IMG/VR virus record: IMGVR_UViG_3300025018_000106
DNA from: an uncultured virus (IMG/VR IMGVR_UViG_3300025018_000106)
Taxonomy: Duplodnaviria > Heunggongvirae > Uroviricota > Caudoviricetes
Strand: one strand, 5' to 3'
DNA length: 20,000 nucleotides
The translations under genes were made by a program, and so were the position numbers. Of this stretch, positions 14,215 through 20,000 are shown one piece after another. Each line of letters opens with the position of its first letter. The first letter of the stretch is position 1. Below the pieces are notes generated by a model that was given only the letters and a program-made list of their open reading frames with translations, ran no database searches and was not told where the DNA came from.

Positions 14215-14535
14215 ATGGAACTCACGAAAGAGAACATCGTCCGCCTGCTTGAGAGTAATGACAAAGCTGTTGGTCGAGCGCTTCTGGTTCTGAAACGAAA
14301 CCAGACGCTCGATGAACAGACTTCAAAGAATACGAAGCACCACAACGGCAAGGGCTTTCGTCCCGCTCATGCGTTCATGGGCACCGAAATGGCGGTGTTT
14401 TTCGAGACGAAAGGTTACCTGTCTCCGAAGCAAGTCGCCTACTGGCGCAAGCGAGACAAGAACGGTAACATGCGGATTGGTATCTACTGGCGACAGTTGA
14501 TCGAAGCCGCGAAAGAGAAACAAACGGTAGGGTGA
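14215..14535 (+). CDS. conserved phage hypothetical protein
   Basis: GAGG RBS; RNQTLDEQ...HNGKGF...LSPKQ...YWRQL. Confidence 0.85.
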   Translation: MELTKENIVRLLESNDKAVGRALLVLKRNQTLDEQTSKNTKHHNGKGFRPAHAFMGTEMAVFFETKGYLSPKQVAYWRKRDKNGNMRIGIYWRQLIEAAKEKQTVG

Positions 14536-14609
14536 CGGAACGGTAACGTGCCGGATTGCAAATCCGAGGCCGCGAAAGCGAGTGGGTTCAATTCCCACCC
14601 CTACCTCCA
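14526..14609 (+). tRNA. tRNA-Cys(GCA) with long variable arm
   Basis: U73, loop TT-GCA-AA, V-arm CGC-GAAA-GCG. Confidence 0.88.
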
Positions 14610-14617
14610 AAGGTGAT

Positions 14618-14932
14618 ATGATGAATTTGCGATGGTATCTTTGGTCCAAGTGGGTCTACAAAGTGAACATGGCGAAAAAGCGCGTTCGATTGGTCATGGG
14701 CGGCGTCAAAAGGTTCCCTCAAGACTACACGCAGCAAGAACTCGCCGCTCTGGTTACACATCATCACGAAAAACATGTTGAAGCAGCAACGAAGCTGATG
14801 GAGACAAGAGACAAGCTGATACAGGCGCAAAAAGAGCTGTCTGTTTACAAACGAGGCAAGAACGACCTTGCAAAAGAAATAATCAAACTCCAGAAGGAGT
14901 TAAAAGAAGCCCAGAACATAAGCTGGGATTGA
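14618..14932 (+). CDS. hypothetical coiled-coil protein
   Basis: AAGGTG RBS; MMNLRWY... Confidence 0.75.
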   Translation: MMNLRWYLWSKWVYKVNMAKKRVRLVMGGVKRFPQDYTQQELAALVTHHHEKHVEAATKLMETRDKLIQAQKELSVYKRGKNDLAKEIIKLQKELKEAQNISWD

Positions 14933-14937
14933 AATAT

Positions 14938-15012
14938 GACTCGGGAACTGTCTGGGACAGGGTGCGTCTGCAAAACGTTATCTTACGGGTTCGATTCCCG
15001 CCCGGGTCTCCA
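14938..15012 (+). tRNA. tRNA-Cys(GCA), atypical D-arm
   Basis: GACTCGG/CCGGGTC-TCCA, loop CT-GCA-AA, D-arm CTGTC-TGG-GACAG. Confidence 0.72.
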
Positions 15013-15022
15013 AAATTACTAT

Positions 15023-15101
15023 GCACCCATGGTCTAGTTGGTCCAGGACGCCGGATTTTCACTCCGGAGGACGCAGGGTTCGAATCCCGCTGGGTGTACC
15101 A
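15023..15101 (+). tRNA. tRNA-Glu(TTC)
   Basis: CCGGA-TTTTCAC-TCCGG, CCA. Confidence 0.92.
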
Positions 15102-15106
15102 ATCAC

Positions 15107-15180
15107 TGTCCCGTAGCTCAAAGGTAGAGCACTCCCCTGATAAGGGAAAGACGCAGGATCGTTACCTGCCGGGACAACCA
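15107..15180 (+). tRNA. tRNA-Ile(GAT)
   Basis: Loop CT-GAT-AA; variant T-loop ATCGTTA; CCA. Confidence 0.88.
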
Positions 15181-15207
15181 ATCAACCTTAGTGAAAAGGA
15201 CTATATC

Positions 15208-15630
15208 ATGGGAACTCGGTCGCTGACCCACATCAAGGACGACAACGACAACACTCTGGTGACCATCTATCGGCAATACGATGGATATCCGACCGGAATG
15301 GGCCAAGACTTGAAAGATATTCTGGCACCGAAGCGACTCGGCAATGGCGTCGGAGGCGGTGCTACGCTTGAGAACTTCGCAAACGGAATGGGTTGTGCCG
15401 CAGCAGCCGTGATCGCCGCGTTGAAAGACGATGTAGGCAACGTCTACATTCAAACACCAGATGCAACAGACTGTTGGGAAGAATACGTTTACACGATCCG
15501 GCCGATGGACGAGACGTTCAGCATCACCGTCTATTCCGTCTATGGCGAACGCGTCCTTTACGAAGGTTCGATCATCGACTTCGATCCTGAGGCAGCAGAA
15601 CGCGACCCAGACGAGGACGACGAAGAATAA
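15208..15630 (+). CDS. conserved phage hypothetical protein
   Basis: AAGGA RBS; MGTRS...YRQYDGYP.G.G...EEYVY. Confidence 0.85.
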   Translation: MGTRSLTHIKDDNDNTLVTIYRQYDGYPTGMGQDLKDILAPKRLGNGVGGGATLENFANGMGCAAAAVIAALKDDVGNVYIQTPDATDCWEEYVYTIRPMDETFSITVYSVYGERVLYEGSIIDFDPEAAERDPDEDDEE

Positions 15631-15641
15631 ATAAGAGACAC

Positions 15642-15716
15642 GCCGCGTTAGTATAATGGCGATTACACCTGTGTGGTATACAGGAGACGAAGGCTCGATT
15701 CCTTCACGCGGCACCA
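15642..15716 (+). tRNA. tRNA-Thr(GGT)
   Basis: GCC start, loop GT-GGT-AT, CCA. Confidence 0.9.
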
Positions 15717-15726
15717 AGATTTACAT

Positions 15727-15809
15727 GCCCATGTAACCGACGCCGGCTACGAACCGGTGACCCGTAACTGGAGTTGAAAATGTAGGTTCGAATCCTACCA
15801 TGGGTGCCA
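15727..15809 (+). tRNA. D-armless tRNA-Arg(ACG) with 23-nt variable region
   Basis: Intact acceptor, anticodon and T arms; only 8 nt where the D-arm should be. Confidence 0.75.
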
Positions 15810-15815
15810 AAAAAT

Positions 15816-15896
15816 GGGTCTGGGGGCGTATGTTGGGAAACGCGGTGCCATCAAAAGGCACAGTTATCGCCGGTTCGAGTCCGGTCAGATCCACCA
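15816..15896 (+). tRNA. tRNA with CAA (Leu) anticodon and G3·U70 acceptor
   Basis: GGGTCTG/CAGATCC-ACCA; GTGCC-ATCAAAA-GGCAC; 7-nt variable loop. Confidence 0.8.
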
Positions 15897-15903
15897 AATT
15901 AAT

Positions 15904-15974
15904 ACCCCAGCCGCTGAGACGGACAAGGCCTTCTAAGCCGACGACGGAGGGTTTGATTCCTTCCTGGGGTGCCA
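15904..15974 (+). tRNA. tRNA-Arg(TCT), degenerate/shortened
   Basis: ACCCCAG/CTGGGGT-GCCA, loop CT-TCT-AA, reduced D-arm, 71 nt. Confidence 0.65.
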
Positions 15975-15979
15975 ATTTC

Positions 15980-16053
15980 TGCCCGTTCGTCTAACGGTAG
16001 GACGCTAGACTCTGACTCTAGAAATTGCGGTTCGAATCCTCGACGGGCAACCA
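15980..16053 (+). tRNA. tRNA-Gln(CTG)
   Basis: CTAGA-CTCTGAC-TCTAG, U1:A72, CCA. Confidence 0.92.
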
Positions 16054-16069
16054 ATATCATGAGACGACT

Positions 16070-16273
16070 ATGACGCAAGAAAACTACTTCACGTTCGCAT
16101 TCAACGTCGATCCAGAGTTGAACGGTGGATACACAGAAGCCTTCAAACAAGGCGACGAACCTTGGTGGTGGTATGTGAAAGACGACGAAGGTCCGGCAGC
16201 CGGACCTGTTCCCGACTTCACAGGCGCAACGTTCAAGTCGCTTCATCAATGGAACAAACAATTGCTTCCGTAG
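16070..16273 (+). CDS. hypothetical protein
   Basis: MTQENYFTFAF...; stop lies inside the next tRNA. Confidence 0.7.
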   Translation: MTQENYFTFAFNVDPELNGGYTEAFKQGDEPWWWYVKDDEGPAAGPVPDFTGATFKSLHQWNKQLLP

Positions 16274-16339
16274 CTCAGTGGACAGAGCACCGGGTTTCGA
16301 CCCCGGGTGTCGCGGGTTCGAATCCTGCCGGGAGCTCCA
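16264..16339 (+). tRNA. tRNA-Arg(TCG)
   Basis: A20 in D-loop, loop TT-TCG-AC, CCA. Confidence 0.93.
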
Positions 16340-16344
16340 ACAAG

Positions 16345-16419
16345 GCGCGATTAGCTCAGTGGTAGAGCGCTTCCGTGACATGGAAGAGGTCCATGGTTCG
16401 AACCCATGATCGCGCACCA
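16345..16419 (+). tRNA. tRNA-Val(GAC)
   Basis: Canonical cloverleaf, CCA. Confidence 0.95.
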
Positions 16420-16434
16420 TATTGCCATATTGAC

Positions 16435-16508
16435 GCCGGTATAGTATAGTGGCATTACAACGGCTTCGTAACCCGTAGACAGTGGTTCGATTCCACTTAC
16501 CGGCACCA
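16435..16508 (+). tRNA. tRNA-Thr(CGT)
   Basis: GCC start, loop TT-CGT-AA, CCA. Confidence 0.9.
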
Positions 16509-16517
16509 GAGGATGAA

Positions 16518-16766
16518 ATGAGAATCGCAGAACTCTTTGTCAAAGCAGGTCTTTGTGCGACTAACAAGGAAGCCAAGAGACTTATCACAAGCGGCGGCGC
16601 GCGAATTGATGATGTTGTCGTTGACGATCCTTCACTCGAAGTCTTGCCCTACAAAAACGGCATCGTGATAGGTTGGTCGGTTGACGACTACTTTGTGCTT
16701 CATGAATGTTCTTCCAAGAAGTTTGGAGTGGAAGGAAAAACCATCATACTTCAAAAAGACACTTGA
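16518..16766 (+). CDS. stand-alone S4 RNA-binding domain protein (TyrRS C-terminus-like)
   Basis: IAELFVKAGLCATNKEAKRLITSGGARIDDVVVDDP...KKF. Confidence 0.8.
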   Translation: MRIAELFVKAGLCATNKEAKRLITSGGARIDDVVVDDPSLEVLPYKNGIVIGWSVDDYFVLHECSSKKFGVEGKTIILQKDT

Positions 16767-16790
16767 CTTTCTCGGAGAATCACCTATGTT
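16763..16790 (+). promoter_or_regulatory. early promoter, GAATC family
   Basis: TTGACT 16763, GAATC 16777, TATGTT 16785, TGTAAC. Confidence 0.8.
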
Positions 16791-16817
16791 ATAGGTGTAA
16801 CAGCGAGAGAGTTTGCT

Positions 16818-17393
16818 ATGAAAATCGACGCGACTTCGTTCTCCTCTCAACCCGGCAGCCTGAAGTCTGATTATCTCGGTTCCGGTTCGTTCGCAGAAGT
16901 TTACGACTCGAAGGTTGAAGGTTATGTCCTGAAAGAAGGTTTCAAAGGCAAACTCGACAAAGATATGTGGCTTATCTGGGCCTTGTATTGCATGGCAAAC
17001 AAGAACATGTTTGATTGGATGCCGAAGGTCGAAGTGATCGCCATCGACCATGAGAACGAAAAGTTTTACGCTCTCATGGAGAAGCTGGAAGAACAGGAAG
17101 GCGATTACGAAGTCAACATCAGCACCCGTGACTTTCTGCAAGGCCGCGATGAAGGTGTGAACCTTCCTGAGAACATCGTTGAAGAACTGAAACTGGTCAT
17201 TGACGAACTTCTCGGCGTTGTCTCGGAAGATACGAACGACTTCTACATTGACGGTCATGCCGCGAACATCATGGTCCGTTCCTGCGGACAGATCGTTCTG
17301 ACCGATATCGTTCACAAGTGGTGCGTCAACATTCGCAATACCGCTGAGTCGTTGATTGCAAAGTGTAAGGACCGCGTTTTCTACATGAGCTGA
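16818..17393 (+). CDS. Ser/Thr protein kinase-like (T7 gp0.7-type)
   Basis: Gly loop LGSGSFAEVY, VLK, MEKL hinge, catalytic DGHAANIM, VLTD. Confidence 0.8.
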   Translation: MKIDATSFSSQPGSLKSDYLGSGSFAEVYDSKVEGYVLKEGFKGKLDKDMWLIWALYCMANKNMFDWMPKVEVIAIDHENEKFYALMEKLEEQEGDYEVNISTRDFLQGRDEGVNLPENIVEELKLVIDELLGVVSEDTNDFYIDGHAANIMVRSCGQIVLTDIVHKWCVNIRNTAESLIAKCKDRVFYMS

Positions 17394-17401
17394 GGTACCA
17401 A

Positions 17402-18031
17402 ATGAAATATTACGTTTTTCCCGACATTCACGGCCGCAACGACCTGTTGCAGGCCGCGTTGTCATTTGTATATGAACAGAACCCAAACGGCGGCAAGATC
17501 GTCTTTCTCGGTGACTACATCGACCGTGGTTCCGACAATGTTGGCGTCCTAGAGACAGTCATGAACCCGCCGGAAGGATGGGAATTCGTGACGCTCAAGG
17601 GCAATCACGAATCGATGTTCGTCGGTGGTTACAACCGTCTCCACGAGTATTACGACATGAAAGCGGTCAAAGAGATTGTCTCCAAGATGGACCTGCCGAG
17701 TGTCGTGAAATGGATGGACAACCTGCCTATCGTGCATATCGAAGGCATGAACATCTTTGCACACGCGTTCTATGACCCGTATTTGTCGCCCGAACAACAG
17801 GTCGAAGATTACGTTGTCTGGCAGCGTTACACCGACGGTGAGCCCTTCCGTTTGTATCTGACGGAAGGTTACTACCTAACGCACGGACACACACCGCGCA
17901 AGTATGGTCCCGTGAAAGCGATGGGTCGTCTGAACCTTGACGTTGGCGCTGTGTTCTACGGCCGGTATGTCATTGCCGAGTTTGAGGAAGGCGTAACTGG
18001 TCCTGTTGGGTTCAAAGAGTTTGAGGAATAA
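17402..18031 (+). CDS. calcineurin-like metallophosphoesterase (Ser/Thr phosphatase family)
   Basis: DIHG, GDYIDRG, GNHE, HGHTP. Confidence 0.93.
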   Translation: MKYYVFPDIHGRNDLLQAALSFVYEQNPNGGKIVFLGDYIDRGSDNVGVLETVMNPPEGWEFVTLKGNHESMFVGGYNRLHEYYDMKAVKEIVSKMDLPSVVKWMDNLPIVHIEGMNIFAHAFYDPYLSPEQQVEDYVVWQRYTDGEPFRLYLTEGYYLTHGHTPRKYGPVKAMGRLNLDVGAVFYGRYVIAEFEEGVTGPVGFKEFEE

Positions 18032-18061
18032 ATACCCGGAAAGTAAAACCGGGAGATTGTC

Positions 18062-19493
18062 ATGTCAAACTCATTGAAAGAATTCGTTCAACTTGTCAAC
18101 GAGGAAATGAAGCGGAAGAAGCAAACGGTTGAACCAGATTTGCGCGAAACCTTCACGACTCAGGACTTCACATCTCTACACCACGACCCGATTGAACCAC
18201 ACCACACAGACGAAGAAGCGGCGATTCTGGAAGTCGCCGCCAAGATGGGTTACATGACAAAGGACAAGAGCGACCTTAGTGCGCCTGATCCTCTGCAACC
18301 TCTTGACCAGAAATTCGTCACGATGGAACAATTCAACAAGCACTACAACGACTTTGCCAAGCGGATTCAATTCCAACTCGGCCAAGTCGGCGGTGGTGGT
18401 GAGGTCTGGATTCGCCGTATGCAAGACGCCGGCGACATGACACAGACAGGTTTCGTCAAGTTTGACTCAAACACCAAACTGTTTACGACTGATCCTGATC
18501 TTGGACCACTTGAACTGTTGTCTTTCGATACTACCTATGTCGCAGGCGACCAACCTGCTGGCACACTCGCTTGGGACCCAAGAGACAACACGGTTCGTAT
18601 CTATCACAACGAAGGCACGATCCAACAGGTCGGACAAGAGGCATTCATCTACGCAATCAACAACACCGCGAACACCATTCCTGACGGCACGGTTGTATCA
18701 CACAACGGCGCCGAGTTGAACGGCGATTGCGCCATTCATTTCAGACGGAACGATTGGCAGCTCAAGACTTCTTGGTGTTGTGACACAAGACATTGTACCT
18801 GGCGAGACCGGTTTCGTGACCACGTTCGGCGTTGTTCGTAATCAGAACACGACAGGCGCTCCTTTCAGCGAGACTTGGACGGCCGGTGATATTCTTTACG
18901 CGAACCCGAACATCGCAGGTGGTTTCACAAACGTTCGTCCTACAACACCCGATATCGTTGAACCGATGGGTTTCGTTCTAAACGTCGATGAAACGGCCGG
19001 CACGATTTTCATTCGTCCTGTTATCAATTCGCAAGAGTTTGCTGGCGAGTTTTCAGCAACCGCAAACGTCGCGGTTGCAGCTGCGAACACCGCATATACA
19101 ATTGCGTTCAATAACACAATTTCGCAAGACGGTGTGTCACTCGCACAAGGAAATCCATCCAGAATCGTCGCTTCTCGCGCGGGTTACTACAATCTGAACT
19201 TCAATGGTCAGATCAATTTTAACTCGGGCGGCGCAGGCGAAGCGACGATGTATGTGTGGATTCGAAAGAACGGCGTTGACGTTCCTGGTTCTATGAGACG
19301 ACAGAGCGTCGCAGGCAACACGCCTTTCCGCAACCTGTCTTTCCACCAGAACCTTTCGATGGCCGCAAACGACTACATCGAAATCGCGTATGCAGGCAGC
19401 TCAAACTTGCTTCTCTGGGAAGCGGCGCCGGCAACGGCATTCGGTCCTTCGACCTCGGCTGCCTACGTTTCTTTCTATCAGGCACAGCAATAA
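18062..19493 (+). CDS. late, probably virion-associated protein split by a frameshift at about 18720-18730
   Basis: AATAAATA at 18027; first frame protein-like to ..GAELNG, second frame from IAPFISDG..LLGVVTQDI..; beta-rich C-terminus. Confidence 0.65.
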
Positions 19494-19497
19494 AGGC

Positions 19498-19525
19498 TTG
19501 CCTTTTCGGTTCGGATCGGTATAAT
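19498..19525 (+). promoter_or_regulatory. sigma70-like promoter (GGATC variant)
   Basis: TTGCCT 19498, GGATC 19513, TATAAT 19520. Confidence 0.65.
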
Positions 19526-19641
19526 CACTTCCTGTAAGGCTGAAAGACCAGGAAGGCACTATGCGAAAAAAGGTCTGTAGTAGCGAGCGGGAATTCTGAG
19601 ACCTTGAAATACCCATTAGATCGCCAGTAGCCCGCTCATCT

Positions 19642-19727
19642 GCCCGGATGGTGGAATGGTATACACAGCAGCTTGAGGGGCTGCCGCTCTTATGAGCACG
19701 AGGGTTCGAATCCCTCTCCGGGCACCA
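19642..19727 (+). tRNA. tRNA-Leu(GAG)
   Basis: Class II cloverleaf, CCA. Confidence 0.96.
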
Positions 19728-19748
19728 TAACTCTTACATCATGGAGAA

Positions 19749-19988
19749 GTGACAATGCACATTCTGAAAGAACGCAACATGATCCTTGTGTTTCGTAACA
19801 AGGAACTCTTTCTGCAAGCCACGGTTTGGGGCGGTATGCGGGCCATGTATGCCGCAGACTTCATTTTCCAGAAAAACGAAGATGGTTCTTGGCACACTTA
19901 CAAAGACCGCTCGGGTTTCTTGAACAAAATCGTTCCTGATATCACTATTGCTCTGGGACTTGTCGAAAAACTGCTTGACACCGAGTGA
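19749..19988 (+). CDS. hypothetical protein
   Basis: GGAG RBS; start GTG 19749 or ATG 19755. Confidence 0.75.
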   Translation: MTMHILKERNMILVFRNKELFLQATVWGGMRAMYAADFIFQKNEDGSWHTYKDRSGFLNKIVPDITIALGLVEKLLDTE

Positions 19989-20000
19989 CGAATCGTCTAT
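19975..20000 (+). promoter_or_regulatory. early promoter, GAATC family (truncated by window end)
   Basis: TTGACA 19975, GAATC 19990, TAT 19998. Confidence 0.7.

Noticed and set aside
14929..15207. N-terminal extensions of ORF-track calls running through tRNA genes (also 8959, 12026, 14582, 16025, 16482)
   Set aside because: Better starts lie just after each tRNA's CCA, mostly with an RBS.
13307..17486. Long minus-strand ORFs (13307-14152, 15118-15717, 15899-16588, 16632-17486)
   Set aside because: Antisense shadows of tRNAs and real plus-strand genes, with no recognisable motifs.
19561..19580. In-frame A-AAA-AAG slippery heptamer
   Set aside because: The -1 frame stops after two codons (GGT CTG TAG).

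Overview
Part of a T4-like myovirus genome, most likely infecting Alphaproteobacteria (inferred from the G1·U72/A73 tRNA-His lacking G-1 and from GANTC sites embedded in the early promoters). 1-6500 is a DNA-metabolism block: gp61 primase 3' end, DHFR, thymidylate synthase, class II ribonucleotide reductase, a conserved GIY-YIG gene, and two antisense GIY-YIG homing endonuclease genes (one frameshifted). 8600-19730 is a tRNA island with 29 tRNA genes, several structurally non-canonical, interleaved with small ORFs, unexplained structured RNAs, a stand-alone TyrRS-like S4 domain, a kinase/phosphatase pair and a frameshifted late gene. Most notable: a leader-peptide attenuator at the head of the main array, an rrn-type boxB/boxA signal, a TTGAC-GAATC-TA promoter family, a D-armless tRNA-Arg, a tRNA-like RNA with no anticodon arm, and a CAA-anticodon tRNA with alanine identity elements. 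All structures and family assignments were made by eye; no database searches or folding were run.
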